The translations under genes were made by a program, and so were the position numbers. The notes below the pieces were generated by a model, which was not told the DNA's origin, searched no databases, and saw only the letters and a list, made by a program, of their open reading frames with translations. DNA of 64,000 bases from Camelus ferus (taxonomy: Eukaryota), in contig NC_045698.1 in assembly GCF_009834535.1 (NCBI RefSeq), positions 14,944,001 through 15,008,000 of the forward strand, read 5' to 3'. Positions 39,270 to 52,084 of this stretch are shown here, in pieces (position 1 is the stretch's first letter; every line of letters begins with the position of its first letter).

Positions 39270-39950
39270 TTGTGTGTTTATACTCCATCAGATACTTGAT
39301 TAGCAGCAAGTTTTCTAGTATTCTGCTATTATGTCACATCCATTTATACATCTAATGTAGTCACATGACATTCTAACAGAAATTTTTAGCATTTTATGTA
39401 TTCACACTTAATTTTGCCTCTGAAATTCTTTCAGTGACTAATTTCCTTGTGAAATACATCCTTTATACTTTCCTCTAATAAAATTATATTCTCTGTTTTA
39501 CTTGGTAATATTTTATCGGTAGTGTTAAGTGATAGGTTTTTTCTTATGTATATGTTTTCTCACAATGATTTTAAGATATTTTACTAGTTTCTGGTTTCCA
39601 TTTTTTCTCTTAAAAATCATCTTTAGACTTGTAATTCCTCCTTTTTAGATGCTCATTCTCTTCTGTGTAGCTAGTATTAGTCATTTCTAGTGTTTTACAG
39701 TTTCTTTGTGAGTTATAGATTTGTTTTCTACTTGGAATACATTGTGAGTCCTTAATATATGGATTCACTCCTTATCCAACTTTGGAAACTGCTCACATTA
39801 TTTCAAATTTCGCTTCTCCTCCACTATTTCCATGGTCTCCATATGTGACTAGTTGGGCAGAGTAGGTCTATCATCCATAGCTCTTACATCTCTTACATAT
39901 TTTTCTGTGTCTCTCTGCCTATTTTAGCTGAAACTTAGCTCGAGTTTTAG
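39270..39950 (-). mobile_element. Very old L1 fragments
   Basis: T-rich; GATATTTTACTAGTTTCTGGTTTCCATTTTTTCT, TACTTGGAATACATTGTGAGTCC, TTTGGAAACTGCTCACATTATTTC. Confidence 0.5.
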
Positions 39951-40189
39951 ATATCCACTCAGTGCTGATGGAAGATTTTATAAAGGCTTTTGAAACAATG
40001 TCTAGGAGTTGTCACTGTGAAAGAAAAACTCCTCTTCTGCTCATGGCTGAATGAAGCTCTAGGGTCTTTATATCCCTGGAAATTTTGGTCTTACCCATGT
40101 TAAGCCTGAAAAAGTCTTCAATCAAGAGTTTCAGAGGCTTACAGTAGGGTAAAAACAAACAAACAAACAAACCAAAAAACAAAAAACAG

Positions 40190-40690
40190 CCAGTGCAAAG
40201 AGAAAATGTGGAGACAGTTCTGTATATATAATTATAAATTTAGTTACTCTAAATGAAATGAAAAGTTTCAGAGTTGGTCAAGATAAAATTGTACCATATT
40301 GTTTTTACAGGGAATGATTCAAAATAAAATTATTCTGAGTTGTATGAGGTAAAAGGATAAAGTGAAATTAGAACAATTTCAGTCCAAATGAAATCATGCC
40401 AGGAATTACTAAGAACACAATAAGTAATTGGACAATTCTGGAGAGCTACTTTTATAATAATTTCAAATAATTATATAATTATATTGAATCTTTATGTGAC
40501 AAATAAAAAAATCATCTGATTTAATAGAGGAAGAACTGTTGAAAATTGTGAACTGTTTATAAACAAAATAAATGTTGACTCATTTGCTTTGATAAATTAA
40601 GCAGACAAAAATAAGCACGGATATAAAATAGAAGTGACACACTGACAGTACATATTTGAGATCAATCCATGATGTAAACATATATATTTA
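40190..40690 (+). mobile_element. Very old L1 ORF2 endonuclease-region fragment
   Basis: AGTTACTCTAAATGAAATG...GTCAAGATAAAATTGTACCATATTG...TTGACTCATTTGCTTTGATAAATTAAGCAGACAAAAATAAGCACGGATATA. Confidence 0.5.
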
Positions 40691-41517
40691 TCCCATTCCT
40701 TTCATTATTTTATATTATTTTTGAATCACCTCATTTTACATATTATATGTTCATTGGTAAGTATTTAGGTTAATGTATAAAATAAGTAATATACTTTTCA
40801 TTTATCCAAAACAATTTATTGCATAAATCACGATTCCCTCATATTTATGTGACCACTATTGTTTAAGTTCATGCGTATGATTATTTTATTCTCCAAATAT
40901 AATGCTACCAACATAGATTGGTTTTCTACTCTTTAATTATTATATTCTTGCAATTAACCTCATTTAATAATGATGCATTATTCTTTTAATGCCAAGTTTG
41001 GTTTTTTTTACACTTCTTAAAAAAAGATTTTGAAACTATTTATGTTCAAAAGAAAAATTGGGGGCCCTAGATTTTTCTTCTGATCTCTCTCTCTCTCTGT
41101 CCCTCTCTCTCTCTTTTTCTCTAGTTTTCATTTCCCACCATAGGTATACAATGCGTTTAACACAGATTTTGTTGTTTTTCTTTTTTCCTTCTTGTTTTAT
41201 ACTCTGCAATATAATCCAACTGTCAGAATCCTTTCATTTTACTTCCTGTATTTCATCCTCACTTTCGGTATTTCATCCTCCTGGGGTGCTAAACTCCTTG
41301 TCTAATCTAATGCTTACATTATGTTGCTCTCTATAGTGACTTTTCTGAAAATTGATATGGGCTCAAAGTGGGGATATTTGGATGGTTTGACCTTCCTGCA
41401 TCCTCCTACAACCATAGTTCTCATACCACTTTCAGTTTCCCAGTGGCCTTTCCTGATCCTGATGCGTGCCCCCTGTACGTTTCAGACACCAATGGACTGG
41501 TTCCCATGCGTTGCATC

Positions 41518-41551
41518 AGACATGTCTAGGGCATGTCAATGAGGCATGTCA
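41518..41551. promoter_or_regulatory. Candidate p53-family response element (three RRRCATGYYY-type half-sites)
   Basis: AGACATGTCT (41518-27, 10/10 match), 1-bp spacer, GGGCATGTCA (41529-38, 9/10), 3-bp spacer, AGGCATGTCA (41542-51, 9/10). This is a motif match only. Confidence 0.35.
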
Positions 41552-44392
41552 AGATGTATCTTTGATTTAGTTTCTTTATTCATTATTATATCAGTATTTT
41601 TTTTGTCAAGTGTCAGTATTTTGATTTCAGATACAAAGATAAAATCATCAAAACATTAACAAAAATTAGAATACCAACAAGCAAATATACTTTAATCTGC
41701 AATAAAATGAGAAATCAATCATGACCAGGAGCCTCAAACTATGAAGAAATGCTCACTAGTATAGTACAAATTAAATATTGAAGCAAAAACTGTACCCAGG
41801 GTCTTACAAAATTTCTTGTACTGCAGTTTCTGAAAGTAGAATATACATCATGAGGGGTAAAATCAAGAAATCTTTCCTTGATATGGCCAGGAGTGTGTCT
41901 AGTGAAGGACTTTGCAAAGGGTGGTAGGGCCAGATGAGAAAAACAAGCAGACAAATTTTCTTCATATAAGCAGATACTATGAATACAGGATGCAGAGCTT
42001 ATGGTCTACACTCTTGCCACATGTGGGTTTAATTAGCTGAACCAATGTTACTGTGCAGTAAATTCACAAAAATATTCTAAAACATTCATCTGCTTCAGGA
42101 AAGACGGCTTCTTTACCCAGAGCAATACTAGAGTGTATTGGTTGGTTTAGGTATAGAGATGGTGTGTTGGTGAGGAAGTTTTTGTCCATGACCTAGTTCC
42201 AAGAGTCATTGCTGGAAAATGGTCAGCATAGAAACTAAGTAAATTAACTGCATGGAAATAATAAGTAGGAAAGGTTGGTAGCATAGGTGAAATAAAGATA
42301 ATTACACCGTGAACTGTATGAAAATTGACACATTCTGCAAACAAAGAAATAAAATAGTATTTGAGCTTATTAAACATAGAATGAAAGATGATCATTAAAA
42401 ATGGCATTAAAATTTTGAAGTGGTGACTTGAGGAAAGAAATAGGAGAGAAATTACAGGAACAAAAACTCCAATTAAAAGTAGCATATTGTCATGGGGAAG
42501 GAGAAAAATTATGAGTAAAATGAAATATTAGAAAGATGAACTTAATTAAAGCATATTTTAAAAGTCACTAAGAATACAGATATGAGACTTACATATACAG
42601 AATATGAGAATTGGAAATAAGAGATTAAACTAAATACCTGGTAATAGTGAAGGGAGTACCAATACTGCTGATCTGGTTCTAACTATCTTCGGAGACCCAC
42701 GGAATGTGTAGAATACTATTAATGTCTGTCCTTATAATGTAAGCTTTTTTTTTTTTTTTAACATTTTCTCAAGGTGTTAGAAAATATCATACATGGTATT
42801 CTATATAATGGAGCTTTTAATATATTACATTCAGATATTAAGTTCACTCTATCTTTTGTCTTCTTCAGGGTAAACCTACTTGCTCCTTCAATTAGTTTTA
42901 ATGAGACATGAATTTCAGGCTCCTTCAGAATAGCTATCAGATGTTTCATGAATTTGCTGTAGGTATAATTTTGAACAAAATAGAACACAAATATTTCAGA
43001 GAAAGTTTTATCAGGCCATAGAATAGAGAGATTTATCATCTCTTTAACTCTTTATACTGCACAACTATCAATGTCATATCTCACACCTGAGTCATGGAAA
43101 ATTGAAATTTTCCACCTCTTTTGATTCTTATGGCTACTAAGGTATGTCTTACGAATGCTTAGATTTTGATTTTTTTTTTAACTTAAGCAGAAAGCCTGTT
43201 ATTACTTATTAGATCTCCACTCCCAAGTAACTACAAAACTATTTTTAAGTTTTTGCTATTTTAAAGTCTACATTTATGCTATGCTTGAACATGTTTTATT
43301 ATCACTCTTCAGTATTCATTTATTTGGTTAATGAGGGAATAAATGAAAATTTTCAGACTGATAATTAATATTCTAAATAAAAACAAAATATAAAACTAAC
43401 ATTCATAAAATTAATTTATATATTTTCATACTATGAGTCATATGCTACTTTTAAGCTGTCTCATTTAAAGATAACTTCATGTTTGCTCTCATTGTAGTCC
43501 AAATCATTTTCAGAGCATATATAAAGTAAATTTATGATTAAGGTTAACAAAGAAAAAAGTTACAGAATGAATTACTTTTCCTTCCCTTGTCATAGCCAGT
43601 GGCAAGGTAAAATAAACACCATTCATAGTCAATGTATTTGCTGATACTCTGGCTCCTTTTTATCTCATTCCTGTAATTCATAGCTTTTTTTTTTTCTTTC
43701 CCTTCCTTACCTATATGTATTCTAAATACATATTCTGCATACACACGCGTGTGCACACACACACATATACGTATATTTAGTCAAGTACCAAGTACATTAA
43801 TACAAAATAAAAACAATTTTATTATACTAATTTATATTTATATATTGAGCTATGGCTAGGTGGTGAAGGAGGAACATACTAATAAATAAGAAATCATTTC
43901 TGTTATATGAACTCACAATATCCTGGGAAAGAGAAAGTTATAATACACTTGGAGCTATCAACTATCTTATTGAAATGTCCACTGTGCACTCTAAGAGCCT
44001 AGAGACTAAAAACATCAATGAAGAATTTTCAGAGGTGGCCTTCATTGTGCCTGTGAAGATGAATTAAGTCTTTTTCTAATAGATAATAAATAAAATAAGT
44101 GAAACATCATAAACAAAGTCATAGCAAAATAAATAAAATTGAGTATGAAGAAATAGCTAAAAGTTCAGTATAGTTGGAGGTTAGCGTGTCTGTTGGCAGT
44201 GTGTGAGACGCTTCCAACATCATATATAATGCATGGTACAGTCGTCTGTAGGATAAAGTTTTTTCCTTATTCCAACATGCATTTTTAGAATCACAACTTA
44301 TGGTGAACCTCTGGTAAAACACCTTTTAGGAAAGAAGCAGTTGAGAAGGAGCATTATGCAAAAGAGTATAAAGAATTTTGTTCCTTGATAAC

Positions 44393-44740
44393 TTGATTTA
44401 TGTATACATTTTGAAATTATAATCACTATCAAGGTAATTAACATACCTATCACCTTGTATAGTTGTCTTTTCCTTTCTTTTTTTTCTTCGATGAGAACAC
44501 TTAAAATCTACCCTCTTAGCAGATTTTAAATATACAATAAAGTATTGTTAACTATTAATCACATTGTTGTACATTTGATCTGCATGATTTATTCATCTTA
44601 CATAACTGAAACTTTGTACCCCTTTTCTTGATCAACATTCTATGTCTGCCTCCACCCAGTCCCCTGCTACTACCATTCTACTCTTTGCTTCTATGAATTT
44701 GACTAGTCTAGATTTCATGTATAAGTTATAATGTGGTAAT
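44393..44740 (-). mobile_element. L1MA8/9-like 3' end
   Basis: TTGATTTATGTATACATT...GAGAACACTTAAAATCTACCCTCTTAGCA...TAACTGAAACTTTGTACCC...ACCATTCTACTCTTTGCTTCTATGAATTTGACT. Confidence 0.88.
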
Positions 44741-46559
44741 AATGAGCTTCCTTTGACTACACCCCAAAACTGAACATAAATCCACTCATAGTCTTGTCAT
44801 CACTTGCAAACCCCACAGCAGGCTCGCCTCCATGAGGAAGAGACTGTAATAGTTTTTAAATGTAGTAGCAGACAGGCCCTCTCCAGCAATCATGCAGGTT
44901 TTGCAAAAGAGAGCAGGAGGAATTCCTACATTCTCAGTTTAGCCTCACAAAGTCGCCTATTAGAGCAGTGACTCCATTCTGGGACAAGGTCCACCTCTAT
45001 TTATTTAATGGAGCCCCCTTCATATAAAAATATGAAGCCAGGAGAAAGGGAGATTTTCTACAACAAAGTTTATAAATAATGAGCTGTAATTATGCATATC
45101 ATTCAAACATTTAGGTAACGCTGACAGATTTTTTTTTTTTACTGAGATCATCAGTTTATAACTTGAATTCATTGCCCCCAAAGAAAGCATTATTTTATAG
45201 ATAATACAAAAATTTTTGATGTAAACAAGTGCAAGTCACTACTTATATAATTCTAACTTGCTCAAAATGTATTCCACTCCAAGAGGATGTATTTGTGTAG
45301 CATAAATGAACACTCACTTATTGAGTACATTCTATGTAATGTGTATGTACTATGTATGTATACACACACATTAAATGAATAGGATTTCAGGTAAGTGTGT
45401 AAGTTAGGTCATGCATTTTCAACAGATTGACTATCTGACAGCTTCCTTTTTCTTTGTGAAACAGGAGATAAAAGTCATGTACTAAAAACAATGAGGATAG
45501 AATTGAAAGTTTGGGCACATTAAGTTTTTTCATTTCATTCATTTTCTATTCTGATGATCAATTATTTCTATAAATCTAAAGTCCTCATAAGTAACTTGCA
45601 ATTTTACATATATATATAAAGTATTTTAATACTTTTTGAAATAAATATTTCAATTTTTTATTAAAATATACCCAGTTGAATATAGTAAGATTTTCCTAAA
45701 TTACCAACTTCCAATAACATGTCACATGGAAGTCAGTGTATCTTGGAAAGTTTCAGCCTTATTCAAATAATTAAATCTAAGGCAAAGAATATACCTGTTT
45801 GCAGCTAATTGCTTTTAAATAAACAAATATTCCTAATTTTCTTCTGTATCAGAAAAAGAAGACCAATATTTTTTTCCATAGCTGTATGAGTCTGCCAATT
45901 TTATAATTGCCAAACAACAGGCAAACCATACTAAATTTCCAAACCTTTAATAGAATTACACATTACATGATTATTCAATTGCTTTGATAATGTGCTGTCA
46001 TTTTTTTCATTCATTTAAATTCTCGTTTCCTGGCAATTAACATTTCCATTGAAAAGAAGAGTACAGTAAAACATATACTCTTGGGTGCACTGCAGTAATT
46101 GGCTAACCTAGGTCTTTAATCAGAATAGGTTTACCTTTTTATTTTAATTTAAATCATAGTAACTGTAAGTAAGTAAATCCTTAACAATGTAAAGAATACT
46201 TATACTTAATCAACTTAAGTCTATACATCCATTTCAAAATTTAAATATATATATTTTTGGTTTAAAATGTATCTCTATATGTGTATGGTTTATGCTTTTG
46301 TATAAGTATTAAACTATTCTTGCCTAAACTAAGCAATATTATTAGGTTAAAAATAGCTATTTTACCCAAATATAGTTATTGATTATTGCAATCAAATATA
46401 TTCACAGTAACATACTAGGTTCCTGCTAACAATAAAAATATAGCCATCTCATTACTCCACTGAAAATCTATTTGTAGATATGTGACAAAGGTGATAGGAT
46501 AAATAAGGTGACATATGTCAAATATGTGGTTTATATAGAAATTCGGAATATAAAATAAC

Positions 46560-46680
46560 TCTCACTAGAATGTGAATCCTTGAGGGATGAAACTATATTT
46601 ATCTTCATATATTTCCAGGGTCTATCTTAATATCAAGCACACTTAGGCATATCAAAAACACATGATAAAATTAACAAAAT
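46560..46680 (+). mobile_element. L2 3' end
   Basis: CACTAGAATGTGAATCCTTGAGGG...TATTTCCAGGGTCTA...TAGGCATATCAAAAA. Confidence 0.65.
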
Positions 46681-47279
46681 ATTGGTGAGACTATCAGGCA
46701 AAGATTGACCTTAATCTGTGGAAGGTTAGACTATAAATAGAATAGCAGGCTTTGTACAATCGTAATTTTGTTTATAGAGATTTATAGTCAGAAAATAGTT
46801 TCCAGGAACACATGATAACTATAATTAGAGACTGTGTTTATTATGGTGGCTATCAGATTGATACTTAAGATTTAGATTTAGCCAAATTTTCAGTATAGGG
46901 GAATAAATTTTATAATTGCCTCATTCACTTTTCTAAATGCCTATTTTAAGACAAATCAATTAATTATAGATGAGAAAAGGTATGATATTATTTAGTAATA
47001 ATCTTCATGCACAGTTCAGGGAAGATTTAGATTTCTATTTTACCTTTATTTCTTCATATAGATATAAATATTATAAACACCACTAAAAATGTATGTTTTT
47101 TCCCAGATAGCAGATATATCCCAGATGAGAAAGAAACAGGATAGGAATAAATGAAGCACAAGTAACTGTGCAAAAGCCAAGCAGTTTTTAACATGTGAAA
47201 ATTGCACATTAAACTACATTTTAAAGATTTTACATTTGATGTAGAGTAAACAATGCTATTAAACTGAATTTAAAATGTT

Positions 47280-47425
47280 GTGCTGTAGCAGAATGGACAC
47301 TGAATTGGGTGAATTATTCTACTAACTACTGGTGTGAACTTTGGGAACTCTTACAAATTTTCCATGCCTCAAGATTTTAAGCTGTAAAAAAAGAAGTGTG
47401 GATCAGACTATATTAAGCCTCTTAG
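47280..47425 (+). mobile_element. MIR (MIRc/MIR3-like) SINE
   Basis: CTACTAACTACTGGTGTGAACTTTGGGAA...GCCTCAAG...CTGTAAAA...GGATCAGACT. Confidence 0.6.
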
Positions 47426-48174
47426 ACTTTATGAACCAGCTTCACTCAGTTCATAAACTGTTCTTCACTATTAAGAACAGTGCCTTTGGAAGCTGCATTA
47501 ACTCTTTCTAGCTAATTAGTTTAATTTAGGTGTAAGGCATAACTTTATATGCAGGGATATTTGGCTTCATTGAATTCCAATTATTTCCCCTTACGCTAAC
47601 TAGTTAGTTTCCACTCATATTTTGGCCTTCTTCCTTTTTGAGTTGAATGAACTAAACTTATCACAGGATTCACAGCAAATAAGATGAACCATTTGTATTG
47701 AAACCATGTGATGGACACTAATCAAGGAGTCATTCTATGATCTATAATTTACATTTTTATTGCATTGATTACTGTTTTCCAAATATCCTAGGAAAAATGG
47801 AAATAAATCATTCCAGATATTTAGCTTAAGCTCTACATTGTTCCTCGATTTCTAATCATGATTAGCCTTGAGAAAATGCAAATTTACTTTATAATCATCT
47901 TATCTTAATTTTTGCCCAATTTAATGACATTATGAAACCTCTAGTCTTTCTAGAGGGCTAACAATTTATTAAAATTTATTTAAAAAACTAACTTTGATTG
48001 TCAATTTTGTTTTCTATTTTTCACCTAGTATCCAATTCATTATTGTTGTTATTTTTGCTTTAACATTTATTTCCTTCTTTGTGTTTACTTGTTTTTAATC
48101 TGTTCATTTATTTCTACTTTCCAAAAATAAAATATAAAGTTTCAGGACTCTTGTTTTCAAATAAGAAAATTGAA

Positions 48175-48369
48175 GTTGCCAAGGGGACGGAGGGGGGTGG
48201 GAAGGGGCAGACTGGGATTTCAAAATGTAGAATAGATAAACAAGATTATACTGTATAGCACAAGGAAATATATACAAGATCTTATGGTAGCTCACAGAGA
48301 AAAAAATGTGACAATGAATATATATATATTCATATGTAACTGAAAAATTGTGCTCTACACTGGAAAAAA
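48175..48369 (+). mobile_element. Young camelid-type L1 3' fragment with TSD
   Basis: GGGAAGGGGCAGACTGGGATTTCAAAATGTAGAATAGATAAACAAGATTATACTGTATAGCACA...GGTAGCTCACAG...AACTGAAAAATTGTGCTCTACACTGG followed by an A-run. Flanked by AAGAAAATTGAA (48163-74) and AAGAAAATTTGAA (48370-82). Confidence 0.85.
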
Positions 48370-48499
48370 AAGAAAATTTGAAACTATATACTTTTTTTTT
48401 TCCTTAGGACAGCTTCATCTGCATTACATTAATTAATAGTATGGTTTCATTAGCATGTACTTCAAATTTTTACAAAATAACTCATGATTTTTCCTTTCC

Positions 48500-48722
48500 T
48501 TTTTTTATTGAAACCTAGTCAATTTACAATGTTGTATTAGTCTCTGGTGTACAATACAGTGATTCAGTTATACATACAGATATACCTTCTCACATTCTTT
48601 TTCATTGTAGGCTACAAGATATTGAATATAGTTCCCTGTGCTATACAATAGGACCTTGTTGTTTACATATTTTATATATAGTAGCTAGTATCTGCAAATC
48701 CCAAACTCCCAATTTATCTCTC
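48500..48722 (-). mobile_element. Cetartiodactyl-type L1 3' end
   Basis: TTTTTTATTGAAACCTAGTCAATTTACAATGTTG...GAATATAGTTCCCTGTGCTATACAATAGGACCTTGTTG...CCCAAACTCCCAATTTATC. Same family type as 7003-7327. Confidence 0.88.
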
Positions 48723-51140
48723 AAAAATGATGCTTAGATGCCTCAAAGTAGGTGGCAACACCCTCACTATATGCATGTTGTCAGGCCCAAGGGCCTCTTT
48801 CATCCTTGTCCAGGAGAGCACTAACCTTCTCTCCTTTCATACATACATTATTTTTCCTTTGAACATTGGTAGTTGACTTGCCAAGTCAGCGTGGGCAGTG
48901 AAATGCATTTTCATCCTATTATGAATTAGAGGGAAAAAAATCATAATTTATTCCTCTAGTGCATTTTGACTATGTATGCCTGCAAGTTAGAATTTAAAAG
49001 ATGTGCAGTCCTTCTACTTATTTATACTTAAAATGTGAATTCACAGTGTTGAGAGATAGTATTAAGTGAGCAGACTGAATATCGATAACACCAACACTTT
49101 TCAACCACTCATTTTCCTCATATTTTCCCCTTCCTTGATGGCATCAAAGGGCAGTATTATAGGTGTTCTGAGATCATTATCTCTGTGTCTTCTTCAATTT
49201 CTGGATCCATCAGGCTGTTGAATGTAATGTGGATATTGAGAAACGTTTCTTGCCTCTGTGACCTTTTTGGTATTTCCCCTGAGAGGTAGTTAATAAAATA
49301 TTGACCAGAAATCTCAGGCCTAGAGTTGCTTTGCCAATTAAGAAACATGCAGGGCTTGCAATGTGTTCCAAGATGCTGTGTATTTCTGGAAGCAAATATG
49401 ATTATTCTCTTCTCACTGATTTCAGAAAGCTTGACATCTCTGACTTTGTATGGTGGTTTGAAAAATGTGCCTTCAATTCCATGTTGAATTTCATTTTTAA
49501 GATCTCGCCATCTACCAAGAAAACATGGATGATGGCCTTTATACTTCATACAATAACCCCAAATACTGAATTAACATGTACATTTTTTTAACCCAGAAAA
49601 TGCCTATTCTCACAACTGTTATTAATAATTTTTAGGGCACCATCACCAAAAAAGAAAGTTACAATAGAGGAATATTCCATGCCAAAATTCTACAACATGA
49701 TGTTAACACTTTTGAGCCAAAATATTGTACAATTTTTAAAATAACATTAAGAAAGTATTTGAAAAGCACATTTAGTTGTTTGGAAGGATGTTCAATGTCA
49801 ACACAAATTATACTAAGAAGTAAAACACAGTAGGGGTACATTATAGAGGGTATACTGTATTATTTTATCTACAGTGATCTGCTGCATGTATGTTGACAAT
49901 TCCACTGTCTCAGCTTTCCTTTCTATAAAAATACAGCATTTTAAATTTTTTAGTGTTTCTGTGAAAATACTAAGAAAATATATGTCTTATCTAAAGATTA
50001 TATTTTAATTTTATGAAAAGAATGTGTGTTGCTGTTGAATTAGAAACTTCACTTGGAGTTATTCAAGTCAAAAATATATCTATGTATGAAAATAGATTGG
50101 TGTCTATTGGATTTTTTGAAAGAAAAATAATCTTGTGAACAATTTTAAAAATCAAATTTTAATTTATGAGTATGTTTGTATCTTCTTTTTGACTAAATTT
50201 CATTTTTTCTCTGCAAAATACTGTATCTTTCACATTATATTATCTTTTCTGAAACATGTACATACAATTATATAAACTGACTTATTCCAAAAATGTCTGA
50301 TTGTAAAGCTTTAGCAATATACTGATTTCATTAAAGATAGCCTTCCTTGAGTGTTTTTTGTCTACTGAAGTAGGCACTGAAATATATGGCACTATTACAT
50401 AGTACAGCCTACAATGAAGAAACATAAAGGGCAGTGAACAAGCAGCATGCAGTGCAGCTATATTTCTCTGGTGGGTTGGGAAATTGTATATGCAATGTTA
50501 ATTTTTCAACTTAAAGTATGTGAAGTTTTATACAAAGATAAGGGTGCAAATTCACTTCAGGAATAGAGAACACATTTTCTAAAGCACGCAGCTATAAAAG
50601 ACCCATAACTTCAGGTCATGGTATGATAAGCTATGTGTTTTGAGTGGAAAATAAAGCTAGAAAGACAATATGGAGCTGACAGTTTTGAATGCTTTGTTAA
50701 AGAGATTTAAAATGGACAATCTTGACTTATTTATAATGAGTTAGTAAGAGTGAAGTCATTAGATAAGGACTGGTCTTTAGATAAATAACTATGGAGCAAA
50801 ATAAACAAAAAATATATTAGTTCTGTGACACCAAACCTAATGGATAAATTCAATATATACAATCTGAGTTAGATATTATCTTAAAACTATCATGTGAGTA
50901 TGAAATTTCTAAAAGTCTTCGTGTCAAATCATCCTATGCTAGGGCTTTACGCTATTCTACACTCTCCTACACACTTTGCACACACTCACACACACACACA
51001 CACAAACACACATCACAATCAGCAGCATCATCCATGTCATCATCATAAAGTATAATTATCAGAGATAAAAATATACATGAATTCTGAAAGTAAGACATTT
51101 GATCTACCCCATAAGAAAGAGTCTAACTTTCATACTCTAA

Positions 51141-51332
51141 ATATTTGCAGTTGTGTTCAATTTGAAAAATAGGTGAAAACAGGACAATTCTCAGTGAAAT
51201 CTAGAGGACTGGAAAAGTAAGGAAGATCTGGTGAGCGATGCAGATGTGCAGGTTCCAGAATTGTCCACCAGATTCTAATGAGGTAACAATAGGGTCAAAA
51301 ATCAATAATCACAATTCTGTATTTATATGCCT
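51141..51332 (+). repeat. Left arm of a 192-bp inverted duplication
   Basis: Reverse complement of 63555-63746; ungapped, with 9 mismatches by manual alignment (about 95% identity). Confidence 0.97.
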
Positions 51333-51413
51333 GGACAAATTTCACTACCTGAGAAAAAAACTCAAAAACAGGAAAAATATGTAAGAAAAAGGAAAACAAA
51401 AACAAAAACTAAA

Positions 51414-52082
51414 TTTACCAGCCAGGATCCTGCTGGGAGATGGAAACTACACCAGTAAAGCGAACAGAAATTTTGTATTCAAAATAAAATTTAATTAAAT
51501 TTTAAATTTGAGTATAAGGTTGATGGAGAACTTCAAGGAGTACAGAAATTGGAATTGCACAAGATAATTACTATTTCTAAAGCTGAAGAAGAATGAACAA
51601 GGATAGGCAAAAATTCAAGGCAGGGCTACCCACTTGACACTAAGCTTCAGTCATCTAAGGAGAAGAAATGCAACCAAAAGAGCAAGCAGCCTGCCTGTAA
51701 GGATGAAATGGTGGAGTGTGCGGGCCACAGCGGGTCTGTAGAAGTTCACTGCTTGATAATGGATATGTAAACTGTAGGCTGTGAACCACAGCGGGTTTGA
51801 GGAGTTGCCTACCGCTGGTTGATGGAGAACCTTGCCAGCAAGTGCCCGCACAATTTATCTGTCAGGGCCAGTACAGAGAAAGCTGCCAGTAATTTCACCT
51901 AGTCCAGCTGAGTCTCTGACTACTGTGTAGAAAAACAGCCCATTTCAAGACAGAAAGAAAAAAAAATAGTGCTTCCTTTTTCTCTGGTCTTACAGTTTCC
52001 TTCTACACACTGTATTGGCAAAGCCAAGCATCAAGCCAGCTGGCGAAGGAAAAAATGTCTACAGAGTGTATCTTCAATGTTA
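51414..52082 (-). mobile_element. Old LTR, LTR78/79-like
   Basis: Starts TTTACCAGCCAGGATCCTGCTGGGAGATGGAAACTACACCAGT and ends TATTGGCAAAGCCAAGCATCAAGCCAGCTGGCGAAGGAAAAAATGTCTACAGAGT. Confidence 0.6.
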
Positions 52083-52084
52083 TT

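Noticed and set aside
49157..49549. 130-aa minus-strand ORF with an acceptor-like ..CTACCTCTCAG| at 49279 (possible terminal exon GEIPKRSQRQETFLNIHITFNSLMDPEIEEDTEIMISEHL)
   Set aside because: No recognisable protein family and no supporting neighbouring exons. It would need tBLASTn or RNA-seq support.
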